Assembly (NCBI GenBank): GCA_002269645.1
Contig: NIVC01002814.1
Coordinates: 1 to 64,000, forward strand
From: Macrostomum lignano
Lineage: Eukaryota
Length of the DNA stretch: 64,000 nucleotides
Reading direction: 5' to 3'
Part shown: positions 32,747 through 43,754 of the stretch, in pieces
Layout of the letters: each line of letters starts with the position of its first letter
Numbering within the stretch: the stretch's first letter is position 1
Program-made: the position numbers and the translations under genes
Notes under the pieces: generated by a model
The model's database searches: none
What the model saw: the letters and a program-made list of their open reading frames with translations, nothing else
Told to the model about the DNA's origin: nothing

Positions 32747-35142
32747 ATGAGTTCGTCGTCGGAAAGTCTGTCCTCTGGGTCGTCGGAAAGTCTGTCCTCT
32801 GGGTCGTCGGAAAGTCTGTCCTCTGGGTCGTCATATGTCTCGATGTCGGTTGATTCAAGTACACATTCGATTGACACATCCATGGGTGAATACAGCGATT
32901 CGAGCTCTTCCGCTGCAATTCAAGCAAACGTCGGCGAGCAACCGACTATTGCAATTCCTGCTGATGACGAGAATGAAGTGCAGGCAGCTGGTCCATCTGA
33001 TATCGAGCACCCTGAAATATTTTCTGCGGATGAGGATAGTAACCTTCTTTCTGTCTTTTGTATCCAAGGTATCTCTATGGAGGTCAAATGTGCCCTTCTA
33101 ATGTTGTGGATGATCTTGTCGAACGTTTCCAAGAAAGCTGTTAAAAACATGCTTCGCCTCATTTCCATTCTGTCTCCTCGCGCTGCTTTACCTACATCTT
33201 ACAAAGCAATGGAAGCGGTTCTGCTTCGTTCATTCATTTTAAAACCGGACTTCGTTGTGAAAGTTTGTTTAGCGTGTCTACTTATAAACTGTAGTGAACA
33301 TCCAGTCGACTCTTTCGAGGGACTATGGCTCTTAAATGTAAACCATCAGGTGGAGCTTACAGTTGAAAGGCATTTAAATGATATTTTATCTTACCAGCGT
33401 GAGCTAAGGCGAGGATTTCAAACTGACATTCTGAACTCTGCTGTTAGCAATGAACTAGAAACCGGCTCATCTCCTGACATTTTTCACTTGTATTTTCTTC
33501 TTTCGGCTGACGGAGCAAACTTCTTTAAAGTTTCTGAAATGTCTGTGTGGCCTTTCTGTGCACTGTGCCTCAATTTGCCTGTTAGATTACGCCAGAAGTT
33601 TGTCAACATTATCACAATCGCTTTGTTTACCAATCGAGGAAAGCCGAATTTTGAAAAGTTTTTGCCTACTATTTTAAATCGCTTGCCTTCGTGTGTAAAA
33701 GTAAGGAATGTGACGTTTTTTCTTCACTTCTCGTTTTTTACCTGCGATTTGCCCGCTTTATCTCACCTTTTTGGAATCAAGCAATTCAACGGACAATTTG
33801 CTTGTCCCAGATGCATCCTACCTGGCAAGTCTCTAAAGGTGTCAGAAAAAGGCCAAGTTCGTGTCTTCCCCGCTGTCCATGGAATTCCGCTTCGAACTAA
33901 TGCCATGCATGCGCAGCATCTCACAGTTCTCAAGGCTCAAGGGCTTAAGGATTATTTTGGAATCAAACGCGAAACTGCTCTTCTCAAAATCATTCGTTTT
34001 CCAGAAAATTTCATTGTTGATTCTATGCATTGTCTCTGGGAAGGTCAAGTAAAACACATTCTAGCCTTCTTGACTGATTCTAAGACTAAAAGCTGCAATC
34101 CCAATCATTACCGTGTGCTAGGCTCAGCATCTGTCAATGTAATCGACTCTCAGATTATGCAACTGAAACTTCCCCAAGGTATTAGCAATGTTCCTCCAAT
34201 TAGTCAGCTCTCACTTTGGAAAGCGAAAACATACAAGATTTTTGCTCTGTATCTGTTTCCATCAATTCTGCTTCCACGAATCGAAAATCCCGAACTTAGG
34301 GGCCTGCTCCTTCTTCTTAATTCTATTTATAACTTGCTGTACTCGCAAAATTCTTGTGTTTCAACTTTAAAACGTCTGTGCAATATGTTTCTTAACCTGT
34401 GTCCTGAGTTTTTTGGCGAACGTGTTATGCTTCTTAATTTTCATCTTCTCTATCATCTACCCGACCAGTATGAACGATTTGGTCCTCTGTATTGTGCATC
34501 AATGTTTCCCTTTGAGTCAGCTATGCATGGCTTTAATATGCTTCATTTTGGCAGTCGATTTCATGGAAAGCAAATTTCCGAAAAGTTTTTCTGGCTAAAA
34601 GTGCTATTGTATTCACTGCAACCTGCTGCAGGCTCCAATCCCTCAATTTCTGATGCACTCCTTGTCATCGCTAAGCACTACTGCAATCCTCTGAGCGCGA
34701 AAATCGAACTCTAGGCGCTTCTGGGGGTAAAATTTTAACAACCACTTCTGCGGATTGCACTTTAAAAACATGTAGTTCGTATGTCCTGGATGTATCAAAT
34801 TCATATTTTGCTATTAATCATTTTGCCGATAGCAAAATCTTTGGCTCTTTTCTGACTCCACAATGTCGTTTAATCGACTTACTGTTCAATGCTGTTCCGG
34901 ATTTTACCAATATTGGTGCTAGTGCATCTGAACAAGCAATCTTTCTTGCTTTTTTTACATCTGATGTTCCACTCCGAAATATGCTTATCTTTACGAGTCA
35001 GGAACCCACTCGGGAAAATTACAATTGCATACGTCTCACTGATGTGGCTGCGAGGTGCATTCGAGTCGATGTCAACTTTCCGAACTTGCCATCAGGCAGT
35101 TTTTGTCTGGTACCCCTGTTGGAAGAGTGTGAGCACGATTAG
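32747..35142 (+). CDS. EnSpm/CACTA-type (Tnp2/Transposase_21-like) transposase; main ORF 32747-34714, C-terminus continuing through two frameshifts to ...EECEHD* at 35142
   Basis: Motifs LSADGANFFKVSEMSVWP...LNLP, FTCDLPA...IKQFNGQFACPRC, FIVDSMHCLWEG, WKAKTYKIF and NFHLLYHLPDQYERFGPLY..SMFPFES. After shifts at ~34690 and ~34950 (T-run) the frame reads GKILTT...IRLTDVAARCIRV...CLVPLLEECEHD*, a typical EnSpm C-terminus. The N-terminus has a 27-bp triplicated Ser-rich repeat. Confidence 0.88.
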
Positions 35143-36142
35143 CTCAGATAACTTCAAACGCGCGTCAGTTTTTCAGGGTCATTGTCTTGTCTCGTTTTCT
35201 ATTCTGTAAGTAGTCCTGGTTGTCAATGTAATCATTGCATGAAATTTTTTCTGGTACGTATTCCTGATTTATCTGCTGGGTAGCTATTGTTGTGTAGCTT
35301 TTGTCGATGTTAGCCAGCCGATGTGTGTGTGCTAGGCTTATTCTAAAAGCTCTATTGCTAGGACACAGGAAGAAAATATGACTGGGGAATTAGACGGGAC
35401 CAAGAAAGAGACACTAACTGGCAAACTTTCGGCTAGCAAACGCCGGCTGGCTAACATCGTAGACCCAGTACCATCTAGTACTTGTACTTAAGCAAGCTTT
35501 GTTTCTTGTTAGTTTTTCTAAACTAAAAAGCCCTTTTTCACAAAACATGCGCGCCTAATGCTCAGCTATATTTATCCTACATGTTATGTTTTACGTTTTC
35601 TCTCATATGCCGTGCGCTTTGTTTAGATACACCTAATTCTTTGTCACATTTTTGCAGTTTTTTATGTTTAATTGCTTTTACGTAAAACTCCGGGGACACA
35701 AATTTTTTTTTTACATTTGGCTTCTTTGTTTGGTAATAAATATTACATTTTCGGCTCACTCACTTAGTTGAGACCTGTCTTATACATAAAACTAACCAAT
35801 TGTGTTATTTTGAGTGTGTCTTATTGTGTGTACATCGCCCATGGTTTGGTAAGACAAACCAGAATAGAACTAAGTACGGTTTTAATGAGCCGATTTAAAC
35901 GAAGGTACGAAGTGCAATGTATTCATATATATACGAGTATATATGGCTCGCAAGATGACTAAAAATGCATTATTTCTAATTAATTGCAACCACATTATAA
36001 ATGCATTTTATATATATAGAATTTGCATTATAATGGCAATTATAATGCCATTAAGTGGCAATTATAATGCCATTAAGTGGCATTCAATGTCATTATAATG
36101 GCCAGTAAAAATGCATTATTTACCCATTATGGGTCCCTAGGG

Positions 36143-36510
36143 CAGCAACTGAGTATCTGGTAGACTGGCCCAGCAACTGAGGATCTGAAGGCTGGCCCAG
36201 CAACTGAGGATCCTGGGAGGCTGGTGGCCCAGCAATTGAGAATCTGGGAGACTAGCCCAGCAACTGAGGATTTGGGAGGCTGGCCCAGCAACTGAGGATT
36301 TGGGAGGCTGGTTGGCCCAGCAACTGAGGATTTGGGAGGCTGGCCCAGCAACTGAGGATTTGGGAGGCTGGTTGGCCCAGCAACTGAGGATCTGGGAGGC
36401 TGGTGGCCCAGCAACTGAGGATCTGGGAGGCTGGTCCAGCAACTGAGGATCTGGGAGGCTGGTGGCCCAGCAACTGAGGATCTGGGAGGCTGGTTGGCCC
36501 AGCAACTGAG
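36143..36510. repeat. ~27-31-bp minisatellite (GGCCCAGCAACTGAGGATCTGGGAGGCT), right half
   Basis: Continuation of the 27288-27461 array. Confidence 0.93.
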
Positions 36511-37034
36511 AATCGCTTTAGATGACAACCTACATGTAGAAGCAAGTAGATCCATCATTTAATCTTGCCCCAACAACATAATTAATCAAGCTTCAGTGAG
36601 CCGAATGATAGTGGCTGCATTGTTGAAAAGTAGCTCGTAGCAGGAAAGGAATTGTAGAAATTGTAAAAATACCCAGTTATTACACTACACTCAATTCTAA
36701 GATGAAGAGCTCACGCTTTTACTGAATTAGCTAAATAAACACACTAAAAGAATTGCTACATGTAGGCCATGCTGCTGCCCAATGTAGGTTCAGAGTTCGG
36801 CTGTGATGGATGCCTGTACTGGACGAATCAATATACAATTGCTTATTATTCCTGCAGACCACTGTGCACTCAGGCTGTTCTGTTGATTACGAGCTTGATT
36901 AATTTCGCATTCGAAACAGTAAAACCTTTACTCAATTTTATTAGCTTGGATCTTTCCGTCCATACACCATACAGACTACTTATAGCAGCATTTCAAGATA
37001 GTGACTTCACTTGACAGGGTGTTGAAAGGGTGTC

Positions 37035-37858
37035 AAGTAAGACAGTGAAGTGTCAGTGAAAAAGTGAGGTGTCAGGGAAGATAATGGGGTGTCAGGGAAG
37101 ATAGTCAGGTGTCAGGGAAAAAGTGAAGTGTCAGGGAAGATAATGGGGTGTCAGGGAATATAGTCAGGTGTCAGGGAAAAAAGTGAAGTGTCAGAGAAGA
37201 TAATGGGGTGTCAGGGAAGACAGTCAGGTGTCAGGGAAAAGTGAAGTGTCAGGGAAGACAGTGGGGTGTCAGGGAAGACAGTGGGGTGTCAGGGAAGACA
37301 GTGGGGTGTCAGTAAAGACAGTGGGGTGTCAGGGAAGACAGTGAGGTGTCAGGGAAGACAGTGGGGTGTCAGGGAAGACAGTGGGGTGTCAGGGAAGACA
37401 GTGGGGTGTCAGGGAAGACAGTGGGGTGTCAGTAAAGACAGTGGGGTGTCAGTAAAGACAGTGGGGTGTCAGGGAAGACAGTGAGGTGTCAGGGAAGACA
37501 GTGAGGTGTCAGGGAAGACAGTGGGGTGTCAGGGAAGACAGTGAGGTGTCAGGGAAGACAGTGGGGTGTCAGGGAAGACAGTGGGGTGTCAGGGAAGACA
37601 GTGGGGTGTCAGGGAAGACAGTGGGGTGTCAGTAAAGACAGTGGGGTGTCAGGGAAGACAGTGAGGTGTCAGGGAAGACAGTGGGGTGTCAGGGAAGACA
37701 GTGGGGTGTCAGGGAAGACAGTGGGGTGTCAGGGAAGACAGTGGGGTGTCAGTAAAGACAGTGGGGTGTCAGTAAAGACAGTGAGGTGTCAGGGAAGACA
37801 GTGAGGTGTCAGGGAAGACAGTGGGGTGTCAGGGAAGACAGTGAGGTGTCAGGGAAGA
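37035..37858. repeat. 20-bp minisatellite (GTCAGGGAAGACAGTGGGGT)
   Basis: Directly visible tandem array downstream of the RPS18 3' end. Confidence 0.96.
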
Positions 37859-38118
37859 TGTTAAAGATTTGAGTTTAACAAGAAAGAAGAAGTCATATTG
37901 CAAAACACAACATCAATAATGATAATTTTCTTGCTTCCAAAAATTGTTTGCCAGTTGATCAAAGCGTTACCGGATCGTTAGTCAGAGACCATGGCCGAAA
38001 TTTATTTAAAAATTTCCACCCACAATTCCTGCACAGGCAGAAACACTCCACAGTCTGCTTAGTTTGCTTAGAAATTCAGAACAGCTCAAGGAGACGAATA
38101 GTTATTTGTCATTTCTTC

Positions 38119-38577
38119 TTACTTCTTCTTGGACACTCCGACGGTGCGACCGCGGCGGCCGGTGGTCTTGGTGTGCTGACCGCGCACGCGCAGGGTCCAG
38201 TAGTGACGCAGGCCGCGGTGGGCGCGCACCCGTTTGAGCCGTTCCAGATCCTCGCGCAGTTTAGTGTCCAGCTGGTTGCTGATGACGTGCCGGTGCTTCA
38301 TATCCTTGATGTCCTTCTGCCGGTTCAGCACCCAGTGCGGGATCTTGAACTGCTGCGGGTTCATGATGATGGTCACCGCCTGCTCGATCTCGTCGTCGGA
38401 CAGCTGGCCGGCGCGTCTGTCGCGCGAGATTCCGGCGCGCTTGCACACCAGGTCAGAGTAGCGCCTGCCCACACCCTTGATGGAAGTGAAGGCTGTCCGA
38501 GCCATCACCTTGCCATCGATGTTAGTGTTGGATATGCGGATGATGTGCTTGAAGTTGCCTGGGATGATTAGCGACAT
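38119..38577 (-). CDS. rps18: 40S ribosomal protein S18 (uS13), divergent copy, single coding exon, 152 aa
   Basis: MSLIIP..F.HI.R..NTNIDG...IKGVGRRY...[45 protein letters not shown] splice acceptor (ttccag) lies 13 nt upstream of the ATG. Confidence 0.96.
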   Translation of the reverse strand: MSLIIPGNFKHIIRISNTNIDGKVMARTAFTSIKGVGRRYSDLVCKRAGISRDRRAGQLSDDEIEQAVTIIMNPQQFKIPHWVLNRQKDIKDMKHRHVISNQLDTKLREDLERLKRVRAHRGLRHYWTLRVRGQHTKTTGRRGRTVGVSKKK

Positions 38578-38697
38578 GCTGATTGTTGAGCTGGAACATT
38601 TCAAAATAAGACAGGGTCAGTTCAAAACAAAGCAATAAAAACCAGTGAAGACTGAATTATACCAAGCAGAAAGTAGTCAGCTATTAATTACACATGA

Positions 38698-38760
38698 GGG
38701 TTGTAGCCCAGTGGACGAGCATGCCGCTCCGATGTGCCAGTGGCCCAGGCTAGATTCCAA
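38698..38760 (+). mobile_element. Degenerate tRNA-like/SINE head
   Basis: A-box-like TAGCCCAGTGG and decayed B-box-like GGCTAGATTCC at tRNA spacing, but no intact cloverleaf. Confidence 0.3.
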
Positions 38761-39411
38761 GTGCAGTAAAATTCATTTTGGAGTTAAATAGCAACCTTTC
38801 CTTGAGTCTGCTGATACAATCAATGCCCAAGGCACAGTGAAGTTTAATACACTTGTGTGTGCCTACTCAGGCAAGCAGTTCAAACTTATATGAGTCTTTT
38901 GTTTTTCTATGTTAGATATTTTTGTTTTAAGACAATTTGGTACCAGAGCAAGAAGAAGCTTTATAAAAAAATGGAAAGTTGCAAAGAATTGTTCTTTCTT
39001 TTAAAATTAAATACTTATATGGTATATAAACACTAATATATATATTTATTGATAAACTAAAAACCTTGTTTTATTCTAAGAATAGGCCTTTTTTTATAGG
39101 ATTATAGTCATTTTGGTGACAGTTGTTTTGATGACAAGCAAGTCATTTTGATGACAAGAAGACCTTTTTGGTTACAGCTATTTTACAGCAGTTTCAAGTA
39201 TAAAGTTATCTTGCCAATCCTAAGTTAAATAAAGCTTAAATTTAAGATGTTTGCTAAAATAAAATGGTAAAGTAATGATTTATTTAATTTTGTTTATTTA
39301 CTTTATAGAATTACAATCTTTCATATTTATTGAACTTATTGTAACTTTTCCCAACCTTGTTGCTTTCTCAATCTTATTCTTTTTGCCTCTATGTTTATGT
39401 GTTACCAAAAT

Positions 39412-39829
39412 TAGAGGTTGGACGGGATTGAAATCTTCGGGCGGGATCGGGATCGGGAATAATTTTTTTCTCGGGATCGGGATCGGGATCGGGAATAATT
39501 TTTTTCTCGGGATCGGGATTTCGGGAATCGGGATCAGGTCTTTTAGTGTATTGTCCATGTAAAGTTAAACAAAATTGAGAAAAGATTGTCAAGATCAAGA
39601 AGTAAAACACAACAAAATTGATATAAAGTTTTGTAACCAACAAAGTAAATAATGTAATGAGTACAAGTTAAAGCAAAATACCTTCAAGTAATCACTAATT
39701 ATATAAATTTCTTATCAAAAGACCTGTTCCTGAATCTCGAGTTTTTTAGGGTCGGGATTCTTGTCCCGCGGGAATTCAATTTTCCTCGGGATCCCGAGAT
39801 TTCGGGATTGGGATCCTGTCCGACCTCTA
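39412..39829. mobile_element. hAT-type MITE (418 bp)
   Basis: TIRs TAGAGGTTGGACGGGA and TCCTGTCCGACCTCTA (2 mismatches). Perfect 8-bp TSD ACCAAAAT at 39404-39411 and 39830-39837. CGGGAT subterminal repeats at both ends. Confidence 0.9.
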
Positions 39830-42279
39830 ACCAAAATGTGAAGTGTGTTTGTCACTGAATTAAGGCCTAACTTATCACCAAAATGCATATTTGTTATTCA
39901 AACAGCAAACTGTTACTAAAATGACTTGTCAACAATACAACTGAAACCTCTTTCATATCTTGGGAAATATATATAATTAAATAAATCCTATATATATTTT
40001 TTTTATAATAATATAGGAAAAAAAATATATACCTATATAACTCAATTTAGATAATTTTTTGTCAATTTACCTAATTAAATTCATATAAAAAATATAAATT
40101 TACAAAATACAAAATAGTCAGGCCTATAAGTATAACAAAATATTATATAGGATTGGCTATTAAAAATATTAACACTCATTTATCAATGTTACTTAAAACA
40201 AAACTAGAAAGTATTATCATTCAAAGTAGCTTAACTTAATCATAAGCACTAAGCACTTAAGCATACATGATGCATAATATATACATGTCATGTATATAAC
40301 TAAGTATTAGGCCTAGTGTATATTCAATGTCCCAAGTCCTATATTGTCAAAGTCCACTTGCTATAATACTAACCTCCTCTTAGTTTCAAATAAAAAACTT
40401 TGCATGGCTACAATGATTAGCCATCTGTGAATAATATGAGTTAAGTTTTCTATACAACTAGTATATCCTACAGTTACAAAAATAATGGCATTACAACATT
40501 TCAAACATTAAAATCTAGCTGAACCAGATCATACAGACTTGGCTGACAGCATTTTATTCCCTTGCCTAAGCAAAACAATGGCAAGATAATGAAGATAGAA
40601 AACAGATTGTAGATAATTTCATTGCCATTTGTGGCTTGCCAATACTAGAGAAGCTCATAGCTCTACTTGCTCCAAAAGCTATTGAGACACACGCAATACA
40701 AGAGGCCATCACAGCTTACTTGCAGCCCAAGACCTGAATTATATTAGTAAAGCACACAAAATTCTACTCTGCAACAGAATGAAGGTGAAGTATTGTTGGA
40801 CTTTCTAAATAGACTATATAAAGCTGCCAATCATTGCAATTTTGATTCATTGAAGATGGTGGAGAGCCCTAAAGAAGAGATGATCAAGTTGGCTTTAATT
40901 GCTAGGCCATGCCATAGTCAAGAAGGTAGCCTTTGCCATGGAAAATTCTGGCGTACACAAGGGGTCCTTGGCACACTTGGCGCATACTGAGGTCCCTGGC
41001 GCATGTAGTGCACAATCATGGTACACACTGGGGTCCTTAGCACATGCGGCATATAAGGTCTTTGACATATATGGTGCTGTGTACAACTTTGGTACATAAG
41101 GAATCAAAGTAGAATCTTTATTAGCATAAAACTAGTGTATCATATTAAGTCTACATGAATTCTAAGAATTTTGTAAATTTGTCTATTGCCTATAAACTTA
41201 TGTAAATTATATAAATTATATAAAATAAGGGCACAAACATGGTGCACAGACGGTGCATAGATCATCCCAAAAAATGTATTCTGGCATACACTGTGCCACC
41301 TTCCTGACTTTGGTTGCTAGGATATGTTGCCTATAAACTTAGCAACGGGTAGGCCTACTCAAAGCATTCTAAACCAAAGAACTTCTGCCAGTTATAGACA
41401 TCATAGACTTCATCCAATAGGCTGATCAAATAAAGGACTTTGTTAGGCCTATGAATAAAGCAGCTGCCAGGGCCATTGAAACAATATACTATGTGACAAT
41501 ATATACCACTTGATCCTACCATCAACAATCAATACAAACTCATTTATATTATTATTGTTACAGTTTAGGTTTGGATATATTTTTGTTGATTGCTTTATTA
41601 TATACACCATGAAATCTACTGCATAACTGTTGCTCTAATATCTATTGCTTCCATGCTATTTCCATGCAACTTACAATATGCCTTTTTCACAAGGACATGT
41701 TAGGGTGTTCAAGCCCAAGTTATTCTATGCTTTCTATTGTATTCTAGGCCTATGTCCCAAGTCCCACATTGTCAAAGTCCACTTGCTGTAATACCAGCCT
41801 CCTCTTAGTTTCAAATAAAAAACTTTTGCCTAGCTACAATGATTAGGCCCTAGCCATCTGCAACTAATATACATGAATTGAGTTTCATGCACAACCAGTA
41901 CTGAGTACTCCTACAGTCAAAACACTGTAAGTGAAATGATATTAAACTTTGAAGTATCTGGCATTGAAGTCTCTAGTATTTGGCATAGGCTCTTCATTCC
42001 TTAGTTATAATAATAATTTGGAATCTTGCTTTTTTAAGCCTAGGCATAAAGAAAAGATACAATTTAGTGAATCACAAATACATATAAGATATAGGCATAG
42101 TTTAAATGGCAGAAAGAACCATGTTCTATCCTACTATGGGGCTTTGATCGAGAACAAGTTAAGTTTAGATTTAAATTCCAAAAAGTTCTTTAAATTAAGT
42201 TAGCAATTTAAAAGTCAGTCTTAAGTTTTCATATTATAATATGCACAAGTTAGCTAGCAGCTGCTCTAAAAGTTAATAA

Positions 42280-42658
42280 GGGTCTCCCTAAAACACGCAC
42301 CGCACCGCCCCGAACCGCTACACATTATAACATTTTTTGTCAATGCAGTATTTGATTGCAAAGAAAACTATTTGTTGTACGAGTAATGGAATAAATATCT
42401 TTAATTATTATTATAAATATTGTTATTATTTTTTATATTCTCGTTTTCATTATTAAATTATATTATTATTTTTTTATTAATATTATTAATAATATCACTT
42501 CTTATTCACCGAATTTTATATTTTATAGTAAAAAACTTAATTTAATAAAAACTTTGAAGCTTAACAGAAAACGCATTTTGAAGTGTCTTCAGTTATAGTC
42601 CAATTTGTTTTAATGTGTAGCGCTGCAGGGCGGTGCGGGGCGTGTTTTAGTGAGACCC
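42280..42658. mobile_element. Mutator-type MITE (379 bp)
   Basis: ~47-bp TIRs GGGTCTCCCTAAAACACGCACCGCACCGCCCC... and ...GGGCGGTGCGGGGCGTGTTTTAGTGAGACCC. Perfect 9-bp TSD AGTTAATAA at 42271-42279 and 42659-42667. The interior is AT-rich. Confidence 0.9.
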
Positions 42659-43377
42659 AGTTAATAATTCGATATTTTAAATTGTTAAACAAAAAAACAA
42701 ATGCTTTTACACAGAAATTGCAATTCCAACTTAATCTTTGAGAAATCAACAAATCTTGGCTATATAGACTGTTTTGACTCTATAAATACAAAAGTAATAC
42801 ATAACTATTTTTTTAAAATTGTTTACAAGTTCGGAAAGCGTTACATTGCAGTAGTGAAAATGAATGCGGCAAAGTGAGAGCAACGCATGCAGTAGTTTGA
42901 TTAAATTTCAACAAATTGCTCATACAGGTACAGGTATACCGTAAATTTACAGTGAACTTGATTGGTTTGACCTTCTAGAAAACCGTCATCTGACGAAAAG
43001 GCTGTCAACTTGGCTGGTAGGCATGGCCCTGGTAAAGTGATGTACAGTAACAGAGCGGCGCTTAATTCGCTGTCGGACCCCTGATCCTGAACGGGCAATT
43101 AATCATCGTGCAAGTCTAAAAAGTAAAAAGTCGATCTTTTATAGCTATTATTTTTTTAGAATCACAAAAAGTTAATTAATTAGCTTCTTATGCATGCATG
43201 GTTTGTCATTTTTGCTGTTGATTTGATCGAGCAGACAAACAAACAATCATGATACAGCACAATTATAGCTTATAACATAAAACTCGGCGTTACAATGTTA
43301 AGTAAAAATTGAGCAACGTGCAGATGCACAATTCAAGCAAGTATAATTTAGGAGGATAAAAATCAAGTACATGTAAG

Positions 43378-43380
43378 TGA

Positions 43381-43415
<35 letters not shown>
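43378..43415. repeat. Short (CTGT)n microsatellite
   Basis: About 9 units, directly visible. Confidence 0.85.
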
Positions 43416-43754
43416 AGGCACGCCCCTCACTAGTTTTGTGGACCCTGGATTCCTCCCTTAATTCCTGTTACCCCCGGGATGACTCGTTGGGATGGGGCAA
43501 TGACTCATGCTTATCGCTCCCAAAGACCACTGTAGTAGGTAATATCTGTTTAGGTACCAGTTTTGTTTAGGTCTGTTTAGGTATCTGTAGTAGGTACCAC
43601 TCTACTACAGTGTTCCTTGATCGTTTCACCCCACTCCCCGAGCACCAAATCCCAACCTCCTTTTCTATTGTTCGAGATCAATCATGCGCGTGACAGCTCT
43701 ACGGACCCCTTACAATCTCCCGGCCCAAGCTTTTTCCCGCCTGTTACATGTACA

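Larger units (their letters stand above)
27462..36142 (+). mobile_element. CMC-superfamily (CACTA/EnSpm-Mirage-Chapaev) DNA transposon, ~8.7 kb, two genes
   Basis: TIRs CCCTAGGGACCCAAAATGGACAAATAATGCATTTT (27462-) and AAAATGCATTATTTACCCATTATGGGTCCCTAGGG (-36142) are 35 bp with 3 mismatches. CCCTA fits the CMC terminal consensus CMCWR. A 2-bp TSD CA flanks both ends, and removing the element restores the minisatellite unit GGCC-CA-GCAACT. ATGCAT-rich subterminal repeats occur at both ends. Confidence 0.9.
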
